A stretch of DNA of 48,155 bases from an uncultured Coriobacteriia bacterium (GCA_902478425.1 CABSKV010000002.1:1-48155); one strand, 5' to 3'; shown: positions 36,818 through 45,991, numbered from the stretch's first letter. The notes: generated by a model from the sequence alone, not told the origin. Translations and numbers: made by a program.

Positions 36818-38242
36818 ATGGAACGCGAGAACGCATGGAAGAGCTACGGCGACAAGGAGCTCGAGCAACTCGAGAGGCTTAGCAGCGACTATATCGAGTT
36901 CATTTCGGAAAACAAGACCGAGCGTGAGTGCGTGAACGCCTCGATCGCCATGGCCGAGAAGGCCGGATACAAGCCGCTTGCCAAGGCCATCAAGAAGGGC
37001 CGCAAGCTCAAGGCCGGCGATAAGGTCTACGCACAGACGCACGGCAAGGCACTCATTCTGGCGGTGCTCGGCACCGATCCGCTCGAGGACGGCTTCAACA
37101 TCCTCGGCGCCCACATCGACTCGCCACGCCTCGATGCCAAGCAAAACCCGCTCTACGAGAACACGGACATCGCCCTGCTCGACACGCACTATTACGGCGG
37201 CATCAAGAAATACCAGTGGGTCACGCTCCCGCTGGCCATCCACGGCGTCATCGCGCTCAAGGCGGGCAAGTCCATCGAAGTCCGCGTAGGCGAGGACCCG
37301 TCTGACCCGGTGTTCTGCATCTCTGACCTCCTCCCCCACCTGGGGCAAAAGCAGATGGAGAAGAACGCGAAGGAGGTCATCGACGCCGAGGATCTCGACG
37401 TGATCGTGGGAAGCAGGCCGCTCCTGTTCGAGAAGGACAAGCTCAACGACGACTCGCCCGCATGGGAGAAGGTCGCCGAGAAGGAGCCCGTCAAGGCTTC
37501 CGTGCTCAAGTACCTCGCCGAATACTACGGTATTGAAGAGGAAGACTTCCTCTCCGCCGAGCTCGAAATCGTGCCAGCCGGACGCGCCCGCGAGATGGGC
37601 TTCGACCGCTCCATGGTGATTGGCTACGGCCAGGACGACCGCGTCTGCGCCTACACCTCGCTCGTCGCCCAGCTCGCCATCGAGGATCCCAAGCGCACCG
37701 CCGTCACCGTGCTGGTCGACAAGGAGGAGATCGGCTCCGTGGGCGCCACGGGCATGGAGTCGCTGTTCTTCGAGAACACCATCGCCGAGATCATGGAGCT
37801 CGCAGGCGAAGGCGGCCAGCTCAAGCTACGCCGCGCGCTCGGTGCGTGCAAGATGCTGTCCTCCGACGTCTCCGCTGCCCTCGATCCCTGCTATGCGAGC
37901 GTCTTCGAGCCCAAGAACGCCGCATACATGGGGCGCGGCCTCGTCTTCAACAAGTACACGGGCGCGCGCGGCAAGAGCGGCAGCAATGACACCTCCGCGG
38001 AGTTCGTCGCCGAGGTGCGCAAGGTCATGGATGATGCCGGCGTCGCGTTCCAGACCGCCGAGCTCGGCCGCGTCGACATCGGCGGCGGCGGCACGATCGC
38101 CTACATCCCCGCCAAGTACGACATGGACGTCATCGACAGCGGCGTGGCCGTGCTCTCGATGCACGCACCTTGGGAAATCACGAGCAAGGCCGACATCTAC
38201 GAAGCACGCAAAGGCTACGAGGCGTTCCTGAAGAACGCGTAG
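36818..38242 (+). CDS. M18-family aminopeptidase
   Basis: ATG 36818 lies 6 nt after AGGAGG, whereas the track starts at GTG 36812. 474 aa with GAHIDSPRLD, YGQDDRVC, DKEEIGS, ADVDS-like (LSSDVSAALDP) and LSMHAPWE motifs. Confidence 0.9.
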   Translation: MERENAWKSYGDKELEQLERLSSDYIEFISENKTERECVNASIAMAEKAGYKPLAKAIKKGRKLKAGDKVYAQTHGKALILAVLGTDPLEDGFNILGAHIDSPRLDAKQNPLYENTDIALLDTHYYGGIKKYQWVTLPLAIHGVIALKAGKSIEVRVGEDPSDPVFCISDLLPHLGQKQMEKNAKEVIDAEDLDVIVGSRPLLFEKDKLNDDSPAWEKVAEKEPVKASVLKYLAEYYGIEEEDFLSAELEIVPAGRAREMGFDRSMVIGYGQDDRVCAYTSLVAQLAIEDPKRTAVTVLVDKEEIGSVGATGMESLFFENTIAEIMELAGEGGQLKLRRALGACKMLSSDVSAALDPCYASVFEPKNAAYMGRGLVFNKYTGARGKSGSNDTSAEFVAEVRKVMDDAGVAFQTAELGRVDIGGGGTIAYIPAKYDMDVIDSGVAVLSMHAPWEITSKADIYEARKGYEAFLKNA

Positions 38243-38290
38243 GCACCAGGCTGCGAGGCGGCCCCTTGACGAGGCCCGCGAATGAAACAA

Positions 38291-38407
38291 GAAAAGCCAA
38301 AGCGGGTTTGCGAGGACTGTTTGAGAAAGGCGACTACATTTGCAGTCGCCTTTCGAGTTTCCCTAAAGGGACTAGCTTCGCGTCGCCGCACGCTGCTTTG
38401 GCTTTTC
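38291..38407 (-). repeat. Structured intergenic element, copy B (inverted relative to copy A)
   Basis: Outer stem: GAAAAGCCAAAGC (38291..38303) pairs with GCTTTGGCTTTTC (38395..38407). The core blocks at 38302..38327 and 38352..38393 are the reverse complement of copy A blocks 2 and 1. The inner 11-bp hairpin is at 38325..38354. Confidence 0.65.
38325..38354. terminator. Bidirectional terminator between the convergent aminopeptidase and purL genes, embedded in repeat copy B
   Basis: GAAAGGCGACT-acatttgc-AGTCGCCTTTC forms a perfect 11-bp stem. It is followed by TTTCGAGTTT on the plus strand and TTTCTCAAAC on the minus strand. Confidence 0.65.
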
Positions 38408-38453
38408 GCAGTTTCGGTATGAGCGATAGCCCGTCAAGGACCCGCCCCGTAGC

Positions 38454-41400
38454 CTAATCCGTAAAGTACCCCACGCCACCTTCGATGAGCGGCTGGTAGC
38501 TCAGGTCGGGGATGTTGCGGTACACGCCCTCGCTCCAGCGCTCGGTGTGCCCCATCTTGCCGAGCACGCGCCCGTCGGGGCTCGTGATGCCCTCGATGGC
38601 GAGCACCGAACCGTTGGGGTTCACGTCGAGGTCCATGCTCGGCATGCCGTCCAGACCCACGTACTGCGTCGCGATCTGCCCACTCTCGATGAGCTGCTCG
38701 AGCGTATCGTCGTTGGCGACGAAGCGTCCCTCGCCATGGCTGATCGCCACCGTGTGAATGTCGCCGACTTCGCAGCGCGAGAGCCACGGCGACAGGTTGG
38801 ACGCCACGCGCGTGCGCACGATGCGGCTCTGGTGCCTGCCGATCGTGTTGAACGTAAGCGTCGGGCAGCCCGCATCCATCGTGACGATGTCACCATAGGG
38901 AACCAATCCGAGCTTGACGAGCGCCTGGAAACCGTTGCAGATGCCCAGCATGAGGCCATCGCGATCGTTGAGCAGGCGGCGTACGGCATCCGTGACGTTG
39001 GGATTGCGGAAGAACGCCGTGATGAACTTGGCGCTTCCGTCCGGCTCGTCGCCACCGGAGAATCCGCCGGGAATCATGATGATCTGGCTGTTGTCGATCT
39101 TCTCGACGAAGGCCTTGGTGCTCTCCGCGACCGCATCCGGCGTCAGGTTGTTGATGATGAAGGTCTCGGGCACGGCACCGGCGCGCTCGAAGGCGAGCGC
39201 CGTGTCGTACTCGCAGTTGTTGCCCGGGAAGACCGGGATGATGACGCGCGGCTTGGCGAGGTTGCCGCAGTACGTGAGCGGGATGTTGCTCGCGTCGCTG
39301 ATCATGTCGACGCCGCCGCCGTCCTCGCGGTACGGGAAGACGTCCTCGAGTTCGCTCTCCCACGCCTCCTGCAGCACGGCAAGACGTACGGTTTCATCAC
39401 CGGCGATGATCGCGTACTCGTCGATGGTCTCGCCCAGCTCGACGACGTGCATGTTCTCGGTCGACTCGACCGGCGTGGCACCAGGTGCCATCTCGACGAC
39501 GAAGGAGCCGTACGCGTTGACGAAGAGCGTGTCGAGGTCGACGTCATCGTTGATGCGCAGGCCGATGCCGTTGCCCAGGCACATCTTGAAGAGCAGCTCG
39601 GCGTCTCCGCCGAAGCCCGGCGTGCCAACCGCAAGCACCTGGCCGGTGTCGATGAGGCGCTCGATCGTGTCGAGGCATTCGAGCAGTCCGGCCTTCTCGG
39701 GCATGAGCCCGTCGGTCTCGTAGAAGGGATGGATGCACAGCACCTCGTGGCCAGCACCCTTGAACTCGGGGCTCATGGCGTGGTCGACGGTGCCGACGGC
39801 CGTCGCGAAGCTCACGAGCGTGGGCGGCACGTCCAGGTCCTCGAAGCTGCCCGACATGGAGTCCTTGCCGCCGATGGAGCCCACACCCAAGTCAATCTGG
39901 GCCACGAGCGCGCCCAGCAACGATGCGGCGGGCTTGCCCCAGCGCTCGGGAACGTCACGCAGCGAACCGAAGTACTCCTGGAAGGTCAGGTACGCGTCCT
40001 TGCGCGAGAAGCCCGCGGCCACGAGCTTGGCGACGCTCTCGACAACGGCGAGGTACGCGCCCTTGAACTGGTTGGCCGACGACAGATACGGGTTGAAGCC
40101 CCAGGACATGCCGCTCGTCGTCGTGGTCTCGCCCAGAACGGGGAGCTTGGCGATCATCGCCATGGGCGCGGTGAGCTGGCGCGCACCGCCAAAGGGCATG
40201 AGCACCGTGTTGGCGCCGATGGTGGAGTCGAACATCTCGACGAGACCCTTGTTCGAGGCCACGTTGAGGTCGGTGACGACGCTCTTCATGCGCTCGGCGA
40301 AGCTCGTGCCCTCCCACTGGGGCGCGTAATCCTCACCGGCAGCAATATGCACGTTCATCTGCTTGGACGCACCATTCGAGTTGAGGAACTCGCGGCTCAC
40401 GTCGACGATCGTATCGCCACGCCAAGTCATGACGACGCGCGGCTCCTCGGTGACGGTCGCGATGACGACCGCCTCGACGTTCTCCTCCTCGGCGTACTTG
40501 AGGAACTCGTCGACATCCTCGGCAGCAACGGCACACGCCATGCGCTCTTGGCTCTCCGAGATGGCGAGCTCGGTGCCATCCAGGCCGTCGTACTTCTTGG
40601 GGACGCGGTCCAGGTCGATGAGCAGGCCGTCGGCAATCTCGCCCGTGGCCACGCTCACGCCACCGGCTCCGAAGTCGTTGCAGCGTTTGATGAGGCGGCA
40701 GGCGTCCTTGCGGCGGAAGAGGCGCTGCAGCTTGCGCTCGACTGGAGCGTTGCCCTTTTGCACCTCGGCACCGCAGGTCTCGATGCTCGACACGTTGTGG
40801 GCCTTCGAGGACCCGGTCGCACCGCCGATGCCATCGCGACCCGTGCGTCCGCCGAGCAAGATGATCTTGTCGCCGGCAACCGGCGTCTCGCGGCGCACGT
40901 GATCGGCGGGCGTCGCGCCCACGACGGCGCCGATCTCCATGCGCTTGGCCGCATAACCCGGATGGTACAGTTCGTTGACCTGGCCCGTTGCCAGGCCAAT
41001 CTGGTTGCCATAACTCGAATAGCCGTGCGCAGCCGTCGTCACGATCTTGCGCTGGGGCAGCTTGCCCGCAAGCGTCTCGGCGATGGGGGTGTGCGGGTCT
41101 GCGGCACCCGTCACGCGCATGGCCTGGTACACGTAGGAGCGGCCGGACAGGGGGTCGCGGATGCAGCCGCCGATGCAGGTCGCCGCGCCGCCGAAGGGCT
41201 CGATCTCGGTGGGATGGTTGTGCGTCTCGTTCTTGAAGAGGAACAGCCAGTCCTCGTCCTCGCCATTCACGTCGACCTTGACCTTGACGGTGCAGGCGTT
41301 GATCTCCTCGCTCTCGTCGAGGCCCGTGAGGATGCCTTGCTTCTTGAGATACTTGGCGCCGATGGTGCCCATGTCCATGAGGCAGACGGGCTTCTCGTCG

Positions 41401-42179
41401 CGTCCGAGCTCGTGGCGCATGTCCAAGTACGCGTCGAAGGCGGCCTGCACGATCTCGTCATCGATCTCGACATCCGTGAGCTCGGTGCCGAAGGTCGTAT
41501 GCCGGCAGTGGTCGGACCAATAGGTGTCGACCATCTTCACTTCCGTGATGGTCGGGTCGCGGTGCTCGACGTTGGCGAAGTAGTCCTGGAATACCTTGAT
41601 GTCGGCAAGGTCCATCGCCAGGCCGCGCTCGCGGATGAAGATCTCGAGAATCTCGTCGTCGTAGTCGATAAAGTGCTCGATGACCTCGACATCATCCGGC
41701 TCGGGATAATCTGTCTTGAGCGTCTCGACCTCATCGAGCGAGGCCTCGCGCGCCTCGACGGGGTTGATGAGGTAGCGCTTGATGGTGGTGACATCCTCAT
41801 CACTCAAGTCGCCCTCGAGCAGGTACAGCGTCGCGCTGCGCACCTCGGGGCGCTCGCCGCACGAGACGAACTGGATGCACTCGCTCGCGGAATCGGCCCG
41901 CTGGTCGAACTGGCCAGGCAGGTACTCGACGCCAAAGAGGACGTAGTCGTCGGTGAGGGTGGGCAGGCGGCGATGCGCCATGTCGACCTGCGGCTCGCTG
42001 AAGACGGTGGGGATGCACTGCTCGAAGAGCTCCTCGTCGATGCCTTCGACGTCATAACGATGGATGGTACGTAGCCTCTCGAGCCCCTCGATTCCCAGCA
42101 AGCTGCGAAGCTCCGCCTCCAACTGCTGCGACTCGACATCGAACTCGGGCTTCTTTTCGACATAGACGCGAGAAACCAT
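38454..42179 (-). CDS. purL: Phosphoribosylformylglycinamidine synthase, single-chain large form
   Basis: 1241 aa with an N-terminal domain, FGAM synthetase/AIR-synthase-like repeats, and a C-terminal glutaminase domain (GICNGFQ, HGEGRF). GGAGG RBS. Confidence 0.95.
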   Translation of the reverse strand: MVSRVYVEKKPEFDVESQQLEAELRSLLGIEGLERLRTIHRYDVEGIDEELFEQCIPTVFSEPQVDMAHRRLPTLTDDYVLFGVEYLPGQFDQRADSASECIQFVSCGERPEVRSATLYLLEGDLSDEDVTTIKRYLINPVEAREASLDEVETLKTDYPEPDDVEVIEHFIDYDDEILEIFIRERGLAMDLADIKVFQDYFANVEHRDPTITEVKMVDTYWSDHCRHTTFGTELTDVEIDDEIVQAAFDAYLDMRHELGRDEKPVCLMDMGTIGAKYLKKQGILTGLDESEEINACTVKVKVDVNGEDEDWLFLFKNETHNHPTEIEPFGGAATCIGGCIRDPLSGRSYVYQAMRVTGAADPHTPIAETLAGKLPQRKIVTTAAHGYSSYGNQIGLATGQVNELYHPGYAAKRMEIGAVVGATPADHVRRETPVAGDKIILLGGRTGRDGIGGATGSSKAHNVSSIETCGAEVQKGNAPVERKLQRLFRRKDACRLIKRCNDFGAGGVSVATGEIADGLLIDLDRVPKKYDGLDGTELAISESQERMACAVAAEDVDEFLKYAEEENVEAVVIATVTEEPRVVMTWRGDTIVDVSREFLNSNGASKQMNVHIAAGEDYAPQWEGTSFAERMKSVVTDLNVASNKGLVEMFDSTIGANTVLMPFGGARQLTAPMAMIAKLPVLGETTTTSGMSWGFNPYLSSANQFKGAYLAVVESVAKLVAAGFSRKDAYLTFQEYFGSLRDVPERWGKPAASLLGALVAQIDLGVGSIGGKDSMSGSFEDLDVPPTLVSFATAVGTVDHAMSPEFKGAGHEVLCIHPFYETDGLMPEKAGLLECLDTIERLIDTGQVLAVGTPGFGGDAELLFKMCLGNGIGLRINDDVDLDTLFVNAYGSFVVEMAPGATPVESTENMHVVELGETIDEYAIIAGDETVRLAVLQEAWESELEDVFPYREDGGGVDMISDASNIPLTYCGNLAKPRVIIPVFPGNNCEYDTALAFERAGAVPETFIINNLTPDAVAESTKAFVEKIDNSQIIMIPGGFSGGDEPDGSAKFITAFFRNPNVTDAVRRLLNDRDGLMLGICNGFQALVKLGLVPYGDIVTMDAGCPTLTFNTIGRHQSRIVRTRVASNLSPWLSRCEVGDIHTVAISHGEGRFVANDDTLEQLIESGQIATQYVGLDGMPSMDLDVNPNGSVLAIEGITSPDGRVLGKMGHTERWSEGVYRNIPDLSYQPLIEGGVGYFTD

Positions 42180-42286
42180 TCCCAGGCCTCCAATTATCTC
42201 GTGGCTTATTTGCCGCGAACTATCTTACATGAATGGAGCATGTGGTATGGTTTGCACAACGTCTCGACAATGCCAAAGGAGCCACC

Positions 42287-42901
42287 ATGAAGCGCTCGTT
42301 CATACTCGTTATTTCCTGCGTTTGCGCACTTGCCATCGCCCTGTTCGCCCTGACCGCCTGTGGCGGAGCATCCAACTCCCCAAGCGGATCAGCCTCGAGC
42401 TCGGCGGCTTCTTCGGATGCAAACGGCGCGAACGGCGCCGATGCCGCCAACCCGGACGACGCGTCGGCATCGGGCATGTCGCGCGACGACGTCCGCAGCG
42501 TCTTCGAGCAGACCATCGCGACCATGAGCGAGTTCTACAAGGGCAGCACGCCCGTGGGCGAGCAACTCTACTATGCCGGCGGCGCCGATGGTGCCGGCGC
42601 CATCTTCGTTCTCATCGTCCCCGAATCCAACACGTCCGCCATCTTCATCGGGCCGGCGACGGTCGGCGAGGACAACAAGCTGACCATCACCGACGAGACG
42701 ACGAGCAGTTCCATCTCCTTTGCCGTCATAGACAACGGCGACGACACGTACTCGTTCTCCATGGGCGACGAATATGGCGCCGCCATCATGACCAGGTGCA
42801 GCTCGAACGAAATCATCGACGCGCTCACCGACGTCGTCATGGCCTCGTCGGCAGCCCAGCCGGCGAGCGAGGGCTCCGCCCAGGAACAGCCTCAGGAATA
42901 G
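42287..42901 (+). CDS. Lipoprotein, unknown function
   Basis: I place the start at MKRSFILVISCVCALAIALFALTACGG (ATG 42287, AAGGAG RBS). A lipobox LTAC is followed by a Ser/Ala/Asn-rich linker. Confidence 0.8.
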   Translation: MKRSFILVISCVCALAIALFALTACGGASNSPSGSASSSAASSDANGANGADAANPDDASASGMSRDDVRSVFEQTIATMSEFYKGSTPVGEQLYYAGGADGAGAIFVLIVPESNTSAIFIGPATVGEDNKLTITDETTSSSISFAVIDNGDDTYSFSMGDEYGAAIMTRCSSNEIIDALTDVVMASSAAQPASEGSAQEQPQE

Positions 42902-42921
42902 AAGGCGTAGCCCCTTAGCCC

Positions 42922-43755
42922 ATGAGCCAGCGTCCCAATCGAGCACGTCGCACGAACGCGGGCAACAATCGTCCGGAACGCAGCCGTTCGGGTCGTGCGG
43001 GTGCCGGCCGCTCCCGTTCGGGACGTCCTCCCCTCAAGGGCAAGCGCGGGTCGGTCAAGGCCGCCGCGCAACGGCAGGTCAATCGCAGGGGCGCTGTCAA
43101 CAGCCGCAACCTCAAGCGCGTGAAGACTCCCCGCAAGCCCCCGCGCATCGTACTCGTCGTCGCGCTCTGCGTCATCATCATCGGCGCAGGGGCTGCCGCC
43201 GTCCTCTCCCAAACCGACACGGCGAAGTACGCGGCCTGCGAGCAGTACCGTCCCGTCGTGCAGCAGACATGCAAGGATTGCGGGCTTGGCGCGGACTGGG
43301 TCGACTGCCTGCTCGCGGCGATGGTCGTCGAATCGGGCGGCGACAAGAACGTGAAGAGCGTTCTCGATGTCAGCGGAGACATCATGCAGGCAGCAGAAGG
43401 CGCTTACGGGTGGATCGTCATGAACGGCTGGCCCGAGCGCGGCATCGCAGCCGAATCCACCGAAGCCTCGATCTATGCCGGCGTCATGGAGTTCAAACAG
43501 AACCTCCAGCTTTGGGAGGGCTATCTTGGCACCATCACGCCCAATGACACGACCGAGATACAACTCGTCATCCAGGGATACAACTTTGGCGCAGAGGGAT
43601 GGTTTGCCTGGTGCAAGCAGCGTGGCATCCACGCATACACCGTCGAGCTCGCCAAGGAATACTCGAAGACGAAGATGCCGGCAGATGCCAAGGGCACGCC
43701 CACGCATGCCCAGAAGTGGCTCACTGCCTATGATGCCATCCACGCCAGCCACTAG
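42922..43755 (+). CDS. Membrane-anchored lysozyme-like / lytic transglycosylase-like protein
   Basis: 277 aa with an Arg-rich N-terminus and a single TM (IVLVVALCVIIIGAGAAAVL). VVESGGDKN...DIMQAAEGAYG resembles the Lysozyme_like/SLT catalytic region. Confidence 0.6.
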   Translation: MSQRPNRARRTNAGNNRPERSRSGRAGAGRSRSGRPPLKGKRGSVKAAAQRQVNRRGAVNSRNLKRVKTPRKPPRIVLVVALCVIIIGAGAAAVLSQTDTAKYAACEQYRPVVQQTCKDCGLGADWVDCLLAAMVVESGGDKNVKSVLDVSGDIMQAAEGAYGWIVMNGWPERGIAAESTEASIYAGVMEFKQNLQLWEGYLGTITPNDTTEIQLVIQGYNFGAEGWFAWCKQRGIHAYTVELAKEYSKTKMPADAKGTPTHAQKWLTAYDAIHASH

Positions 43756-43833
43756 ATGAGGCAAGCGAGCACCAGATGGCCTTCGCCTCGCTTGCTCGTC
43801 ACAGCCTGATGGCTTGCTTTAACCCGGAAAAGC

Positions 43834-43879
43834 GGAAAGCTCACCTCCCGCTCATAGACGAGCGGAACGTGAGCTTTCC
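43834..43879 (-). terminator. Long nested hairpin with a short U-run; probable end of the antitoxin transcription unit
   Basis: GGAAAGCTCAC pairs with GTGAGCTTTCC (11 bp), enclosing CCGCTC/GAGCGG. On the minus strand GCTTTTCC follows. Confidence 0.4.
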
Positions 43880-44102
43880 ATAGCGGATGCCCCAGACAAC
43901 ATCCGAACCAAACGTTGCAGCCTCTTGATTTAGCTGTAACGGCGGCCGTAGGCTACGACACCGGAGCTTCTCCTGTTGAAGATCCAGTGACGGCGGATAT
44001 AAATTGCGTTGTCCTCACGATTGAACAGTCTTGAGATCCACATTTAAACCACCCTTGTACTGCTATCCGTCCTCGCCCTGTATTTCCCGATGAAACCTAG
44101 AC

Positions 44103-44303
44103 TCAGCATGCCTTTTCCCGTTTATCCCCGTCTTCCGGCTGTACGTCGGGAACGACGAGGTCAAACGGGATACGGTTCTGGGCAACAAGTTGCTTTGTTG
44201 CCATGACGACGTAGGTGTTGAAGTTCAGTCCGAGCGCGTCGAGCTTTGCGCTGGCCTCCTTCTTCAGATCGTCGTCCATGCGTATGGTCGTCGACTTCAT
44301 CAT
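44103..44303 (-). CDS. RelB/DinJ-family type II antitoxin
   Basis: 66 aa: MMKSTTIRMDDDLKKEASAKLDALGLNFNTYVVMATKQLVAQNRIPFDL. This is the canonical DinJ/RelB ribbon-helix-helix signature. GC content is lower than in the surrounding genes. Confidence 0.85.
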   Translation of the reverse strand: MMKSTTIRMDDDLKKEASAKLDALGLNFNTYVVMATKQLVAQNRIPFDLVVPDVQPEDGDKREKAC

Positions 44304-44411
44304 TGTTCTTGCCTTTGGCTACGTTTATATAATATGTATGTCTATTAGTAGTGCATTAGGCGTGCATAGTATATCCCATATATTTCGATTTGACATATAA
44401 TTTTGAAAATA

Positions 44412-44454
44412 AATGACACAAAAATGAAAGGCCGGCCCCTCAACGGAGCCGGCC
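44412..44454 (-). terminator. Intrinsic terminator after the TorD-like gene
   Basis: GGCCGGC-n11-GCCGGCC is followed on the minus strand by TTTCATTTTTGTG. A second small hairpin, GTCTAAA-ttt-TTTAGAC, lies at 44477..44493. Confidence 0.6.
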
Positions 44455-44501
44455 GAGCCGTCTACGGCGTGTTTTGCGTCTAAATTTTTTAGACCAACTG
44501 A

Positions 44502-45131
44502 CTAGTTTCCTTCGAATGCATCGAGGTCCCACTGCAGCCATGCGGCGGCAAGCTCGACGATGGCGCGGTAGAAGCCCGAACCATCCTGCGTCGCCTGCTC
44601 GTTATCGAGCATGTGCCGCAAAAGGGCAAGGGGATGCTCTTCGAAGAAGCCCGCGAGCATCTCGAGCTGCTCGTCGCTCGGCTGCTGCAGGTAGTCGAGC
44701 GGCACGAGCATGAAGAGCTCGTTGGCGATATGGTCATCGGGAAGAAAGCGCTGGATGCTCGTCTCGACGCCCAGCTCCCGAGCCACATCGTAAATGGCGC
44801 TTCCCTGCATCCCGTACGCGCTCTCGAGCGGCGGCATGGGAGCGTCGGGCAGCAGGAAGGTTTGCGCGTATTCGGCGTCCATCGCCATCTTGCGATGGTC
44901 CTCGGGAATTTCCGCCAGCTTCGCGACCGCCGCCGCGATATGATCGAGGGCGTCATGCGTGCGCTCGTTCTCGAGCTTGCCGCGCAGCTCGGCCCAAAAC
45001 GCCGGATCGCTCACGTTGAAGAGCAGGGTCTCGTCGAGTGGATATCCGAGTATGTTGCCGAGAAACTGATATACGGGCATGCTGCCGTGCCCGTCATGGT
45101 CGTGCTCGTGATGATGCTCGTGTCCAGCCAT
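44502..45131 (-). CDS. TorD/DmsD/NarJ-family redox-enzyme maturation chaperone with a His-rich N-terminus
   Basis: I place the start at MAGHEHHHEHDHDGHG (ATG 45131), 6 nt after AAAGGAG; the track starts at a TTG. FLPDDHIANELFML matches the TorD-family E/DxDH motif. Confidence 0.75.
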   Translation of the reverse strand: MAGHEHHHEHDHDGHGSMPVYQFLGNILGYPLDETLLFNVSDPAFWAELRGKLENERTHDALDHIAAAVAKLAEIPEDHRKMAMDAEYAQTFLLPDAPMPPLESAYGMQGSAIYDVARELGVETSIQRFLPDDHIANELFMLVPLDYLQQPSDEQLEMLAGFFEEHPLALLRHMLDNEQATQDGSGFYRAIVELAAAWLQWDLDAFEGN

Positions 45132-45227
45132 CGCATCTCCTTTCGAATGAGACAACTGCTCGAGACAACTGCTCAGAGCATTTGTCTCATCGTGCAGGTC
45201 AAAGTGTCTGTCGCGAGTATAATGACC

Positions 45228-45233
45228 CGCAAC
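45228..45233 (+). promoter_or_regulatory. Possible -10 box (TATAAT) for the thioesterase gene
   Basis: gcgagTATAATgacc lies 20 nt upstream of ATG 45254. This argues against the upstream in-frame ATG 45239. Confidence 0.35.
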
Positions 45234-45253
45234 GCCAAATGACGGGAAGACTG

Positions 45254-45991
45254 ATGATTGACACCGAACTGACAGTGGACCTTAAGGTGACCGTTCCCTT
45301 GCGCGTCACCGATTTCGACCGCTATGGCCGCATCAAGCCCTCGGCCGTGCTCGAACTCTTCCAGGAGGCCGCTACCGCACAGGCGGGCGTCATGGACATC
45401 GATCACGCTGCGATGGAGCGCCGTGGCGTGTTCTGGGCCGTCATCCGCACCTACTACGAGGTCATCCGCCAACCTGAGCTGTACACGAGCGTACAGGTGC
45501 GCACCTGGCCCCACTCCCCCTCGCGTTTCTCGTTCCAGCGTGACTACATCATCAGCTCGCTTTATGACGAGGTGCTCGTACGCGGCACCTCGGAATGGGT
45601 GCTCATGAGCCTCGAGACACGGCAGTTCGTGAGTCTCGCCGACGTGTACGAACCACCTGCAAACCTACTCGACGAGAAAAACTTCGAGAAAAAGCCACGC
45701 AAGATACGTGATTTCGAGACCGATGACGCAGCGCCCTATGTCATCGTCCCGCCCTACACCTCGGCCGACATCAACGGACACGTCAACAACAGCGTTTATG
45801 CCGATTATCCCTTCGACGCCATCAATCCGGGCGAGGAGCACAACGTCAAGAGCTTCCAGATCGACTTCCGGCACGAAGTGCGCACGGGACAGCCGCTCTT
45901 CATCTACACGGCGCGCGACGAGGGTGTGATCCTCACCAAGGGCGTCGACGAGCAGGGCGAAGTCGCGTTCTCCGCGCGCACGTCGTTCTAG
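45254..45991 (+). CDS. Acyl-ACP thioesterase
   Basis: I place the start at MIDTELTV (ATG 45254, GGGAAGA RBS). 245 aa with a double hotdog fold and the motif TSADINGHVNNSVY. Confidence 0.85.
   Translation: MIDTELTVDLKVTVPLRVTDFDRYGRIKPSAVLELFQEAATAQAGVMDIDHAAMERRGVFWAVIRTYYEVIRQPELYTSVQVRTWPHSPSRFSFQRDYIISSLYDEVLVRGTSEWVLMSLETRQFVSLADVYEPPANLLDEKNFEKKPRKIRDFETDDAAPYVIVPPYTSADINGHVNNSVYADYPFDAINPGEEHNVKSFQIDFRHEVRTGQPLFIYTARDEGVILTKGVDEQGEVAFSARTSF

Noticed and set aside
38547-42074. Very long plus-strand ORF (1175 aa). Similar long ORFs lie antisense to the genes called above: 11666..14302, 15218..18025, 26610..29267, 19906..21924, 2905..4758, 22459..24255, 9812..11524 and 7213..8841.
   Set aside because: These are shadow ORFs, typical of high-GC DNA. 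Their translations are low-complexity and rich in R/A/G/D/H/L/V, with no motifs. The opposite strand encodes unmistakable proteins (purL, Mo enzymes, infB, rpoD, dnaG and others) with the expected GC3 codon bias.
42180-42286. I inspected the purL upstream region for a purine, ZTP or other riboswitch.
   Set aside because: Only 107 nt are shared with a divergent lipoprotein gene. I recognised no conserved riboswitch core or extended pairing.
45988-45991. The convergent thioesterase and rnhA genes overlap by 4 nt, sharing their stop codons within the palindrome CTAG.
   Set aside because: The overlap is real but trivial. It only means there is no terminator between the two genes, and I see no further biological significance.
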